Below, piece after piece: positions 8,757 to 18,006 of a stretch of DNA of 64,000 bases. The stretch spans positions 4,992,001 through 5,056,000 of the forward strand of contig CBDETY010000003.1 in assembly GCA_965243025.1 (NCBI GenBank), given 5' to 3'. The stretch comes from Candidatus Latescibacterota bacterium (GTDB taxonomy: Bacteria > Latescibacterota > UBA2968 > UBA8231). Made by a program: the position numbers and the translations under genes. The notes below the pieces were generated by a model. That model was not told the origin of the DNA. It saw nothing but the letters and a program-made list of their open reading frames with translations, and made no database searches. Positions within the stretch are counted from its first letter, which is position 1; each line of letters begins with the position of its first letter.

Positions 8757-10253
8757 TCAGCCTGCGTAGCCGGCCTTGCGCATCTCCTCTCCCAGCGGTC
8801 TGGGAAACCGGCGCCGCCAGCCCCGGGCGCCGAACCGGGGATCGGCGGACATGTCGGAGACGTACACCTGCTTGTCGAGGTGGCCGAACTCTATCGAGCG
8901 CATGACCTGCGAGGTTATTGCGGCGTCGAGACCGCGGAACAGTTCCCCCCCTTCCCCGCGCTGCAGCAGGTCGCGCTGCTCCCCCGGGTCTTCGGCGAGA
9001 TCGAACATCAGCGACTCGCCTGTCGAGTACTTGGCCAGCCTGGTGCGGCCGTCGTACGCCATCCAGGCGCCCCCGAGCATGCCGATCAGAACGTCGCGTC
9101 GCCGCGTCGGGAGGCCGAGACCGGGAAGCGGCAGCGAGTCCATGAATCCCGGCGGATCGACGCCGGCGAAAGCGAGCAGGGTGGCGGTGACGTCGGTCAG
9201 CGACACCAGGTCGCTGCAGCGGCTCGCAGGCGGAAGACGGGAGTCCCCGCCGCTGCTTCGAGGCGGCCTGACGACGAGCGGAATGTGGCAGCTGCTCTCG
9301 AAGAAGGTCCCCTTTCCGATGAGGTTGTGGTCGCCGAGGCTGTCCCCGTGATCGGAGGTGAACAGGACCAGCGTGTCGTCGAGGGTCCCGTTTTCTTCCA
9401 GGACCGCCAGAATCTCACCGACCTGGTCGTCGATCTGCTTCACCATCGCCGCGTAATGGGCGCGAATCCTGCGCTTGTGGGCCTCGGTGAACTCGCTGTA
9501 GTCGACGCCGTTCCAGGGAAGCTTGTTGCCCTCGACGTTGAGGCGGCGGAGTTCGGGGTGATCCCCCTCCACTTCCGGAACCGCGGCAGGCATGTCCGCC
9601 TCGTCGAATTGCGCGAGGTATTCCGGGGTAGGGTCGTACGGGCAGTGAGGCCCCGGAAAGCTCACCATCGCGGCGAACGGCCGGCTGCCGCAGGTGCGCA
9701 GAAAAGCGGCGGCCTCGCGGCCGACGAAGCGGTCCCAGTAGCACTCCCAGGGGAGCAGGCTGACGATCGCTCCGCGGTTCTCGAAATATCCCTCGTGCTC
9801 GTTGCCGTGGTACTTGCGGAGGCCGCGGCGGGCGAGGAAGTGGAAGTAGTCGTCCTCGATCAGGAGCCAGCGCTTGTCTTCGCAGATGACGCGGTGGTCG
9901 AAGCCGAGCGCCTCGTCCCAGGGATAGAAATGCATCTTGCCGATGGCGCCGGTGAAGTACCCGGCAGCCGACAGCATAAGGGGCCAGGTGGGCAGACCTG
10001 CTTCGGCGTGGTCCGGGCGCAGGAACTGGCCGTTGTTGGTTACCCCCGTCTTGACGGCGTCCAGGCCGGTCAGCAGGGCGACGCGGGCGGACACGCAGAC
10101 CGGATGGGGGCTGTAAGCCTGTTCGTACAGCACTCCCTCGCGCGCGATGCGGTCGATGTTCGGAGTTGCGACGAATGGGGCGCCGTAGCAGCCGAGGAAG
10201 TCGTGGCGCAGCTGGTCGGCGATGATGAACAGGAGATTCGGTCTGGCCGGCAC
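8757..10253 (-). CDS. Sulfatase (choline-sulfatase/arylsulfatase-like)
   Basis: RPNLLFIIADQ, CVSAR...LLTG, GKMH, PHCPY, FTSDHG motifs; start at GTG 10253 is estimated. Confidence 0.9.
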   Translation of the reverse strand: MPARPNLLFIIADQLRHDFLGCYGAPFVATPNIDRIAREGVLYEQAYSPHPVCVSARVALLTGLDAVKTGVTNNGQFLRPDHAEAGLPTWPLMLSAAGYFTGAIGKMHFYPWDEALGFDHRVICEDKRWLLIEDDYFHFLARRGLRKYHGNEHEGYFENRGAIVSLLPWECYWDRFVGREAAAFLRTCGSRPFAAMVSFPGPHCPYDPTPEYLAQFDEADMPAAVPEVEGDHPELRRLNVEGNKLPWNGVDYSEFTEAHKRRIRAHYAAMVKQIDDQVGEILAVLEENGTLDDTLVLFTSDHGDSLGDHNLIGKGTFFESSCHIPLVVRPPRSSGGDSRLPPASRCSDLVSLTDVTATLLAFAGVDPPGFMDSLPLPGLGLPTRRRDVLIGMLGGAWMAYDGRTRLAKYSTGESLMFDLAEDPGEQRDLLQRGEGGELFRGLDAAITSQVMRSIEFGHLDKQVYVSDMSADPRFGARGWRRRFPRPLGEEMRKAGYAG

Positions 10254-10264
10254 GGTCGCGAAGG

Positions 10265-11254
10265 TCAGGTGGTCTTTTTCGCCAGCGGTCGCGCCGAAAG
10301 ATAAACCCCCGCCAGAACCAGGACGAGTCCGGCCGGAAGCTGCCAGGCGAGAGGCTCGGAAAGCAGCAGGACACCGAAAAACATTGCGGAAACGGGGTTC
10401 AGTCCCAGAGTCGCGGTTACCTGTCCAGCCTCGGCGCGGCCCAGGGCCCAGTGGTAGAGGAAGGACGGGACCGCACTGACGACGATGCACAGGTAGACGA
10501 GAACGAGCCATTGCAGGGAGGAAAGCTCCGGGACCGGCTCGATCCAGTCCGCCGCCAGCGATACGGAGAACATGGCGAGCCATCCGCTGGCCATGAAGAA
10601 GGCCGTTACCCGAACCGGCGGGTAGCGCTGCAGGAAGGGACGGCTCAAGGTGTTGAAAAGGGCGATCAGCCAGACCAGCCCGAGGACGATCGCGTCCCCC
10701 CGCAGGGTATCCTGTTCCGGGGTTGCCGAGGTGGACTCACTCACGACGACGGCGACCCCGGCGAAGGAGAGCAGGGCCCCGAGCAGCTTGTTGCGCGTAA
10801 GCGGCTCGCGGCGGAGCGCCGCTGCCGCCAGCAGGGTGGCGACCGGGGCAAGGGCAAGCTCGGTGGCGGCCCGGGTTGCCGTGGTGTGCTTCAGTGCGGT
10901 GGCGAACCCGGGTCCGAACAGCGCGAAGAACATTACCCCGAGCAGGGCGATCGGCAGCAGGTCGCCCCGTTCGAACCGGGGACCCGGGGCCAGAAGCGCC
11001 GGCGGCAACAGGCAGAGGACGCCGGCGCCGGTGCGGATCAGGGCCAGGGTGACCGGGTCGATGGAGGCAACCATGTAGCGCATGGCGACCGCCATCGTAC
11101 CGCCCAGGATGCAGGCGGTCGATGCAGCCAGAACCGGTACGAAGCGGCTGGAAGCGTGCAAACGGTCGGTGCGGACGACGGGTGATGGAGTGAGTCCCGG
11201 CTGTCCGGCCGGCTCCGAAGCGAGGTGGCAGGCCGGAGGAACCCGAAGGGACAT
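10265..11254 (-). CDS. DMT/EamA family transporter
   Basis: About 10 hydrophobic segments in two repeats; LNPVSAMFFGVLLLSE motif; start uncertain. Confidence 0.85.
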   Translation of the reverse strand: MSLRVPPACHLASEPAGQPGLTPSPVVRTDRLHASSRFVPVLAASTACILGGTMAVAMRYMVASIDPVTLALIRTGAGVLCLLPPALLAPGPRFERGDLLPIALLGVMFFALFGPGFATALKHTTATRAATELALAPVATLLAAAALRREPLTRNKLLGALLSFAGVAVVVSESTSATPEQDTLRGDAIVLGLVWLIALFNTLSRPFLQRYPPVRVTAFFMASGWLAMFSVSLAADWIEPVPELSSLQWLVLVYLCIVVSAVPSFLYHWALGRAEAGQVTATLGLNPVSAMFFGVLLLSEPLAWQLPAGLVLVLAGVYLSARPLAKKTT

Positions 11255-11342
11255 CAGCCTAACCAAACCTCGGGACCGCCGCCACGATTGCTTGACCGCT
11301 GCATGGCGAGGCAGACAGTTTCGTCGAAAAGGAGGGAAGGAC

Positions 11343-12290
11343 ATGAACCAGGTGAAACACCAGGGCAAGGCGGCGATCGTTACCGGCGGGGCCACCGGGA
11401 TCGGGGCGGGCATCGCCCGCAAGCTGGCTGCCGACGGCTCGCAGGTCCTCATCGTCGACATCGACGAGGCCGGGGCGGACGCCAGCGCCGGGCGCATCAG
11501 GGAAGCCGGAGGCACGGCGTCCTCGATGCCCGGCGACGTGTCGCAGGAAGAAGTTGCCCGGGGAATGGTGGAGCGCGCCGTCGACGAGTACGGGCGCCTC
11601 GACATACTCGTTCAGAACGCCTACGGGGTGATCGGATTTTCCGACGGCAGCGCCCTCGAGGTGGACGTCGAATCCTGGCGCAAGGGAATGGACCTGCTGG
11701 TTATGGCCCATTTCCTCGGCGCCAAGTACGGGGTGCCGGCGATGACGGAGTCGGGGCCGCCCCCCGGGTTCGACCCGGGGCCGTGGGAGGGCCGCGGCCT
11801 GCGCCACGGATCACCGCCGCCCATGGAAACAGGGCGCATCGTCAACATCTCCTCGGTGCACGGCCTGCTGCAGGCGGCCGGGACCATGGTGTACGAATCC
11901 GGGAAGGCCGCGGTCATCGGTCTCACGCGCCAGATGGCGATCGACTTCGGGCCGCTGGGAATCACAGTCAACGCCATCGCCCCGGGGCACATCGTGACCG
12001 AGGGGCTGGAGAAGCTGTGGTCGGAGGTGGCCAACGAAGACGGATTCCGGCTGCACGAGCTGCAGTACCCGGTGCGGCGCACCGGGGTGCCGGAGGACAT
12101 CGGCAACGCAGTTTCCTTTCTCTGTTCGGAGGAGGCGGCTTTCATCACCGGCGTGGTGCTTCCGGTCGACGGCGGGCTGAGCATACAGCTGCAGGAGAAC
12201 ATCGTTCTGGAGCTCAAGAGCTACATCCAGGAGCACCCCGGACTGAAGACTTTCTTCGACGGGGGCTACGGCGCCGGAGACCGGAAGTAG
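11343..12290 (+). CDS. SDR family oxidoreductase
   Basis: TGGATGIG, NISS, YESGK (YxxxK), VNAIAPG, VDGG motifs; AGGAGG RBS. Confidence 0.92.
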   Translation: MNQVKHQGKAAIVTGGATGIGAGIARKLAADGSQVLIVDIDEAGADASAGRIREAGGTASSMPGDVSQEEVARGMVERAVDEYGRLDILVQNAYGVIGFSDGSALEVDVESWRKGMDLLVMAHFLGAKYGVPAMTESGPPPGFDPGPWEGRGLRHGSPPPMETGRIVNISSVHGLLQAAGTMVYESGKAAVIGLTRQMAIDFGPLGITVNAIAPGHIVTEGLEKLWSEVANEDGFRLHELQYPVRRTGVPEDIGNAVSFLCSEEAAFITGVVLPVDGGLSIQLQENIVLELKSYIQEHPGLKTFFDGGYGAGDRK

Positions 12291-12356
12291 GCTCACCAGT
12301 CCGGCGGGATGGCATGGACGGGCGCCCTGCCCGATGCTTCCGGGCTGTGATTCCCG

Positions 12357-13613
12357 TCAGTCGGCGAGGATCTGGATGCTGGCGAAAGGGAACAGGGCGA
12401 CGCGCGCGTTGCCTGGCAGCCTGGCCGCGAGCTGGGACATCAGGTCTCCCCAGTCGCGGAAGAGTATTTCCCGGGAATGTCTTTCGTGGAAGTCCGCGGC
12501 GGGAAAATGCTGCGACCAGACCAGCGCCTGGTCCGGTTTGCCGATCCGGGGAGGCGGGAACTCGGCGGCGGGCCGGGATCTTTCCTTTTCCAGGAAGCGC
12601 TCGTAGTTCATGCGGTCGTACAGGCCGTGGTAGGAGATTCCGTCGCAGGCCGGGTTTATCGCGACCGTGTAGGCGCGGTCGAAGTACCGCCGCGGCCAGA
12701 ACGCCTTTCCGGTCTGAATCGGGTCGGAGTCGAGAGGGTAGCAGTTCACTACGAGGAGATCGGTCCGGCGCCGCACCTGCTCCGGGATGGCGGTTGCGTA
12801 CGTTTTCCTGGCGAACGCGGCTGCCTTGCGGTGAGCGGCGACCAGATCGCCGACGAACAGTCCGGCCACTTCGCGCCTGTGATTGAGCACGGCGTTGACG
12901 ATGACGTCGAGCCCGACAAGCCGGGCAACCTCTTCGGAGGCGTCTCTCGCGTCGCGCTGATCCACCTGTTTCTCGAGGTCGCCATGGCCGCGGCCCGAGT
13001 AGAAGGTGTGAAAGCAGAACATCGTCGCGAACCCCGAGACGCCGGGGAGAATCAGCTTGGAACCGCCGCCGAATCCCATCGCGCCGTGCGGATAGAGGCC
13101 GCCGAGACAGATCTTGAACTCCGCGGCGGCCACCACCGGATCGATGAAGACGGGAGTCCCGTCTTCGAGGTTCCCCAGGCCGCGCAGTTTTCCGCTCATG
13201 AAGTTGTGACAGGTGACGGGGAAATCGCGGACGACGTCGGCCCCGACCTTCAGGGCCATCTCTTCCCCGGTCAGGGGGCGGTGCGAACCGCAGCCGACGA
13301 CGAAGCGGATCTCACCGGCGGGAACCCCGGCTTCGGACAGTTCCTTCAGGATCGCGGGGATCAGCTCGCTGGCCGGGGTCGGCCGGCTGAGGTCGTCGAC
13401 GACGATGACGGCGCTCCTTTTTCCGCGGGCGGCCTCGGCGATCCGGGGTGTGCCGATCGGCCGCTCGAAAGCAGCACGGCGTTGGGATTCCCCGAGTGCG
13501 GGGGCCGTATCGGGTGCGAGCACGGTGACCTCCCATCCCTCGGGAAAGGTCAGGGTGATCTCCTCGTCGCCGAAGAAGGCGCGGGAGAAGACGGTTGCCT
13601 GGTTGGCGGCCAA
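12357..13613 (-). CDS. LarA-like nickel-pincer racemase/epimerase (DUF2088)
   Basis: VVDDLSRPTP, GSHR and PHGAMGFGGGSKLILPG motifs of the LarA family; TTG start after GGAGA. Confidence 0.88.
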   Translation of the reverse strand: MAANQATVFSRAFFGDEEITLTFPEGWEVTVLAPDTAPALGESQRRAAFERPIGTPRIAEAARGKRSAVIVVDDLSRPTPASELIPAILKELSEAGVPAGEIRFVVGCGSHRPLTGEEMALKVGADVVRDFPVTCHNFMSGKLRGLGNLEDGTPVFIDPVVAAAEFKICLGGLYPHGAMGFGGGSKLILPGVSGFATMFCFHTFYSGRGHGDLEKQVDQRDARDASEEVARLVGLDVIVNAVLNHRREVAGLFVGDLVAAHRKAAAFARKTYATAIPEQVRRRTDLLVVNCYPLDSDPIQTGKAFWPRRYFDRAYTVAINPACDGISYHGLYDRMNYERFLEKERSRPAAEFPPPRIGKPDQALVWSQHFPAADFHERHSREILFRDWGDLMSQLAARLPGNARVALFPFASIQILAD

Positions 13614-13654
13614 GGGGTTATCTCCGGAAGCAGCGGTTGTCAGATTGCCACAAT

Positions 13655-14242
13655 ATGGAAATGCAGTCGCAATCTCCCAAGGAGAAATGGGAGTCCCGTT
13701 ACAAGGCGGCGGGGTTCGAACCCGACCGGCAGCCGGTGCCGTTTCTCGTGCGGGCGGCCGGTGACCTGAAACCGGGACGAGTCCTGTGCCTGGCGGCGGG
13801 CGCCGGCAGAAACGCCGTCTACCTTGCGGAAATCGGATGGACCGTGACCGCCGTCGACATCTCCCCCGCGGGGTTGGCGTGGTGCCGCCGACTCGCGGAC
13901 GAACGAGGCGTCGAAGTCGAAACGATCGCAGCCGACCTGCTTTCCTTCGATACAGGGGTGGAGAGGTGGGATCTGGTGACCAACCTGTACTTCCACGAAC
14001 CGGCGCTGTTCCCCTCGGTCAGGGCTGCGCTCAAGAGCGGCGGTCACTTCCTGTTTCAGACCTACGCGAAAGCCCAGGCGAGACTCGGCTGGGGTCCTGG
14101 CAATCCCGGCCACCTTGTCGAGCCGCAGGAATTGCGGCATGCGTTTACCGGCTGGGACCTGCTGCATTTTTGCGAAGCGGAGAACGAGGTCGAAAGCGGA
14201 AGGCGCGAGGCCGTCGTACAGCTGCTTGCCAGGAAACCGTAA
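13655..14242 (+). CDS. Class I SAM-dependent methyltransferase (TehB-like)
   Basis: VLCLAAGAGRNA, VTAVDIS, LKSGG motifs. Confidence 0.85.
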   Translation: MEMQSQSPKEKWESRYKAAGFEPDRQPVPFLVRAAGDLKPGRVLCLAAGAGRNAVYLAEIGWTVTAVDISPAGLAWCRRLADERGVEVETIAADLLSFDTGVERWDLVTNLYFHEPALFPSVRAALKSGGHFLFQTYAKAQARLGWGPGNPGHLVEPQELRHAFTGWDLLHFCEAENEVESGRREAVVQLLARKP

Positions 14243-14383
14243 CCTCCTCCGGTAGTTGCCGCCCGGAAGCGGCGCACCAGGGGATGTCAGATCCGGGTCG
14301 GTTTCCGCTTTCGTCGGGTCAGGTGCGGCCGGTACAGGAAGGCCCCATCTCCAGAGGCCACAGTCGGGTCGGCAGGCAGCCGA

Positions 14384-15259
14384 TTAACCGAACTGTTCGT
14401 TCAGGCTCTGGAAGTCGCGGTAGAACAGCTGCGCAGCGCGCGACAGGTCTTTCTTCAGGGTCAGGTCGAAATAGTCGAACGCCTCGAACTCCACACTCAG
14501 GCAACCCCGGTAGCCGATCTGCTTCATGGCGCTGAAAAACCCGGACCAGTCGACGCGGCCTTCCCCGAGGAACGGAAACAGGAAGGTATCTCCCAGCACC
14601 TTGCCGGGAACTCCGGCGGTATCCTTGACGTGGCAGTGGAAAATGCGCTCCGCGAGCTGGTGGATGGTCCAGGGTACGGTGTTGTAATGGAGCGCCATGT
14701 GGGAGGGGTCGTAGTTGACCCCGAGGTGGCCGGAGTCGAAACGGCGCAGCAGCTCGGCCAGGGTGTAGTACTCGCGGCATACCATGCCGTAGACCGCCTC
14801 GACGGCGATCCGGACCCCCGCATTTTCAGCGACGGGAATGATCTCGTCGAAGGCCCCGCATACCATGTCCCAGGCCTCCCCTTCGGAGATTTCCCGGTGC
14901 AGGACGGGCGCTCCCAGACCCATGAACGGGGCGGGCCCGGTAAAGCAGTTGACCACCCCTATCCCCAGGTCGCCGGCGGCGCGGATGCACTCGCTCGTCA
15001 GCTCGATCTCGTCCCTGCGGACCGCGTCGTCTCGATGCACGAATTCCCGCTGAATCACCCATTCCGAAACCGTAAGTCCCCCCGCTTCCGTCGTCGCCAC
15101 GAGTTGCCGAAGCTGGGCCGGGCTCCGGGTTCGCGGATTCAGGTGCTGCAGTCCGTACTCGATGCATCGATATCCCGTTTCGGCCAGCATCTCGACGACT
15201 TCCTCGTCGCTCATGCTTCCCTGGTCGAGGTTGAGGAAGAATCCTACCTGGTTGTCCAC
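14384..15259 (-). CDS. Sugar phosphate isomerase/epimerase (xylose isomerase-like TIM barrel)
   Basis: AVE, NYDPSH, HCHVKD, GEGRVDW and SVEFE metal-binding motifs. Confidence 0.88.
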   Translation of the reverse strand: MDNQVGFFLNLDQGSMSDEEVVEMLAETGYRCIEYGLQHLNPRTRSPAQLRQLVATTEAGGLTVSEWVIQREFVHRDDAVRRDEIELTSECIRAAGDLGIGVVNCFTGPAPFMGLGAPVLHREISEGEAWDMVCGAFDEIIPVAENAGVRIAVEAVYGMVCREYYTLAELLRRFDSGHLGVNYDPSHMALHYNTVPWTIHQLAERIFHCHVKDTAGVPGKVLGDTFLFPFLGEGRVDWSGFFSAMKQIGYRGCLSVEFEAFDYFDLTLKKDLSRAAQLFYRDFQSLNEQFG

Positions 15260-15405
15260 GACGTGCCTCGGCTTTCTACCGTTGCGGGAATGCGTGCGGC
15301 AGTTTCACGATCAGGCCCCCGTCCAGACCGGGTAGTCAAAGGAGCGCGGCGGGGGAAAACCTCGTTGTTCAGAGGCTCTCGAAGGTGGCGGGAAGGGGAT
15401 ATTTC

Positions 15406-15494
15406 TGGTGCCGGGAGCCGGACTCGAACCGGCACGGCCGTAAACGGCCAATGGATTTTAAGTCCATCGCGTATACCAATTTCGCCATCCCGGC
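15406..15494 (-). tRNA. tRNA-Leu (anticodon TAA)
   Basis: Cloverleaf GCCGGGA...TCCCGGC-ACCA, anticodon loop CTTAAAA, long variable arm, TTCGAGT T-loop. Confidence 0.97.
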
Positions 15495-15536
15495 CCCGGG
15501 TGCGCGCGAGAATTGTGCGCAGGTATGGAAAGAAAA

Positions 15537-15610
15537 TGGAGGCGGCGCCCGGAATCGAACCGGGGATAAAGGCTTTGCAGGCCTCGGCCTTACCACTTGG
15601 CTACGCCGCC
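15537..15610 (-). tRNA. tRNA-Cys (anticodon GCA)
   Basis: GGCGGCG...CGCCGCC-TCCA acceptor stem, anticodon loop CTGCAAA, TTCGATT T-loop. Confidence 0.97.
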
Positions 15611-15622
15611 TCGCAAAAAGCA

Positions 15623-15650
15623 ATTATACTGGCTCTGGAAGTGCTGTCAA
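15623..15650 (-). promoter_or_regulatory. Sigma70 promoter of the tRNA-Cys/Leu pair
   Basis: TTGACA-N16-TATAAT on the minus strand, just upstream of tRNA-Cys. Confidence 0.85.
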
Positions 15651-15765
15651 CACTTGAACTTGCGGCAGATTTCGAGGTCAGAAGACGACCGTATGCCGGA
15701 CTTGCCGACCCCGCTTTCCTATATTTTGGCGGGTTCCCCAAGGGCTATTTTTCACAGGTAATTCC

Positions 15766-16560
15766 GTGAGGCAATACCTGCAACTGGTCGAGCGAATCCT
15801 CGACGAAGGGGTCGAAAAACCGGACCGGACAGGAACCGGGACTCTGGCAGTCTTCGGACACCAGATGCGCTTCGACCTCGGCGAGGGGTTTCCCTGCCTG
15901 ACGACCAAGAAGCTCAACCTGCGCGCCATCATCCACGAGCTGTTGTGGTTCCTGCAGGGGGACACGAACATCGCCTACCTGCGCGATAACCGCGTGGGCA
16001 TCTGGGACGAGTGGGCAGACGCTTCGGGGGATCTCGGTCCAATCTACGGAAAACAGTGGCGCTCATGGGCCGCCCCCGACGGGCGGACCGTGGACCAGAT
16101 CGGACAGCTCGTCGAAATGCTGCGCAGCAGTCCGCACAGCCGCCGCCTCGTGGTATCGGCCTGGAACGTCGGGGAAATCGACCTCATGGCACTGGCCCCC
16201 TGCCACTGCCTGTTCCAGTTCTTCGTGGCCGGAAACCGGCTGAGCTGCCAGCTCTACCAGCGCAGCTGCGACGTCGGGCTCGGGGTGCCGTTCAACATTG
16301 CCAGCTACAGCCTTCTGACCATGATGCTCTCCCAGGTTGGCGGATTCGATCCCGGTGACTTCGTGTGGACAGGCGGGGACGTTCACATCTACAGCAATCA
16401 CGTGGAGCCGCTGCGCGAACAGCTGCGACGCGACCCGCGCCCGTTGCCGCAGATGGTGATACAGGACCGCAACCAGGACATCTTCTCTTTCCGCCTGGAA
16501 GACTTCAGGCTGGCCGGCTACCGCCCGCACCCTCCAATTCCCATGGCCATCGCCGTTTAG
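15766..16560 (+). CDS. thyA: Thymidylate synthase
   Basis: DRTGTGT, ELLWFL, LAPCH, YQRSCD, PFNIASY, HIYSNH. Confidence 0.98.
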   Translation: MRQYLQLVERILDEGVEKPDRTGTGTLAVFGHQMRFDLGEGFPCLTTKKLNLRAIIHELLWFLQGDTNIAYLRDNRVGIWDEWADASGDLGPIYGKQWRSWAAPDGRTVDQIGQLVEMLRSSPHSRRLVVSAWNVGEIDLMALAPCHCLFQFFVAGNRLSCQLYQRSCDVGLGVPFNIASYSLLTMMLSQVGGFDPGDFVWTGGDVHIYSNHVEPLREQLRRDPRPLPQMVIQDRNQDIFSFRLEDFRLAGYRPHPPIPMAIAV

Positions 16561-16562
16561 CG

Positions 16563-17459
16563 ATGACCCGGACGTCAGCCCGAGCCGTGTCCTCCTCCGC
16601 ATCCCAGGCGAGCGTCGCCATTCAGGGAGAGCGAGGCAGCAACAGCGAGCTGGCGGCTCTGGAGTACTTCGGCCCGGGTTTGGCCCTGGTGGCCTGTCCC
16701 TCCTTCGAAGAGCTGTTCGAAGCGGTGAGGGGAGGGCGCGCATCCTTCGGCATGGCACCGGTCGACAACTCCCTTGCCGGCAGCATCCACGAGGTCTGGG
16801 ACCTGTTCCTTCGCTGTCCGCTGCCGGTGGTCGGCGAGCTGTCCCTTCGCATCGGCCACTGCCTGATCGGCAACCCCGCCGGCGAGCTGTCGCGCACTCG
16901 CCGCATCTCTTCTCATCCACAGGCGCTTGCCCAGTGCGAGGATTTCCTGTCGAACCTGGACGGGGTCGAACTGCGGGAGGTGTACGACACTGCCGGCGCC
17001 GTCGCCATGATCAAGGAGGCAGGGAAGCCCGGGGATGCGGCCATCGCACCGGCGCAGGCAGCTGCGGATCACGGTATGAAGGTCCTTGCCTCGGCCATCG
17101 AATCGCGCACGGACAACTACACCCGCTTCCTCGTGATCTCCGGCGTACCGGGGGAGAGCCACAGCGGCGAGATGAAGACGAGCGCCGTGATACGCCTTGC
17201 GGATTCGGCCCGCGGCCTGGGGGAGATCCTGACCTGTCTGACATCGAGGCAGCTCCGGCTCCACAAGGTGGAGTCGCGAAAACGGCTCGGCGAGCCGTAT
17301 CTCTACGACGTGTACGTCGACTTCGCGGGAGCTGTGGGTGAAGAGGCGGTCGACCAGGCGCTGGCCGAGGCGGAAGGAATCGCTGCCTGCGTCACGGTAA
17401 TCGGGTCCTACCCGAAGGGAAGAAGGGTGGAGCCACGCCTTCATCCGGTGGATCGATAG
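16563..17459 (+). CDS. pheA: Prephenate dehydratase with ACT domain
   Basis: VAIQGERGS, NSLAGS, SHPQALAQC, DTAGA, NYTRF motifs. Confidence 0.9.
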   Translation: MTRTSARAVSSSASQASVAIQGERGSNSELAALEYFGPGLALVACPSFEELFEAVRGGRASFGMAPVDNSLAGSIHEVWDLFLRCPLPVVGELSLRIGHCLIGNPAGELSRTRRISSHPQALAQCEDFLSNLDGVELREVYDTAGAVAMIKEAGKPGDAAIAPAQAAADHGMKVLASAIESRTDNYTRFLVISGVPGESHSGEMKTSAVIRLADSARGLGEILTCLTSRQLRLHKVESRKRLGEPYLYDVYVDFAGAVGEEAVDQALAEAEGIAACVTVIGSYPKGRRVEPRLHPVDR

Positions 17460-17484
17460 CGGACCGGCGCCCGGACGGTCGGGG

Positions 17485-17652
17485 CTAGTGTCCTGTCGCA
17501 GAAATATGTCGACATCGGGAAGCCGATCCATCCCGGCTCACGGCGTTGCCTTCGCTCCCCGTACGCCCTCGGTACGACTCGCTCAGGCGCCTTGTGAGCC
17601 GGGCGCCTCGGCCTCCCGATTTTGTCAATCTATCTCTGCGACGGGACACTAG
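17485..17652. mobile_element. 168-bp palindromic MITE-like element, copy 1
   Basis: Terminal inverted repeats CTAGTGTCCYGTCGCAGA; about 94% identical to 45659..45826; right CTAG coincides with the stop of the 17649..17999 gene. Confidence 0.85.
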
Positions 17653-17999
17653 TCCGCGGCCAGCTTCTCGACCTCGGGGCTCTCGTTGCCGATGCGCCAG
17701 ACCCCGCTGACTCCGTCGCCGTCGAAGTCGGCCCGGACGGTGACGGAAAATCCCTCCGGACTCCAGTGAACCTCGCAGTCGCATTCCTGAAGCCAGGACA
17801 GCTGGCTGCGGTACGGCTCCGCCCGCGGATTGAAGAACTCCTGGTGCTCCCTGCGGTATTCCGCCTGCATCAGGTGAAACGCCTCCAGGCGGGCGGCAAG
17901 CTCGATCTCGTCCACTTCTTCCGGCTTGAGCTGTGAGAAGTGAAACATCACGATTGCCGCGAGAACCAGGAGTGCTCCGACGGTCTGGAGGTAGCGCAT
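17649..17999 (-). CDS. Hypothetical membrane-anchored protein (116 aa)
   Basis: N-terminal hydrophobic helix; starts 7 bp after the upstream gene's stop; C-terminal ADFDGDG..GVWRI. Confidence 0.7.
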   Translation of the reverse strand: MRYLQTVGALLVLAAIVMFHFSQLKPEEVDEIELAARLEAFHLMQAEYRREHQEFFNPRAEPYRSQLSWLQECDCEVHWSPEGFSVTVRADFDGDGVSGVWRIGNESPEVEKLAAD

Positions 18000-18006
18000 T
18001 CGTGGT

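Noticed and set aside
7575-10304. Long antisense ORFs (e.g. 909 aa here, 797 aa at 37808, 574 aa at 32119)
   Set aside because: Shadow ORFs typical of high-GC DNA opposite well-supported genes; no recognisable motifs.
15260-15406. tRNA-Leu 3' end as an integration site for the 1-15 kb accessory region
   Set aside because: No duplicated tRNA 3' end and no integrase were found in the window.
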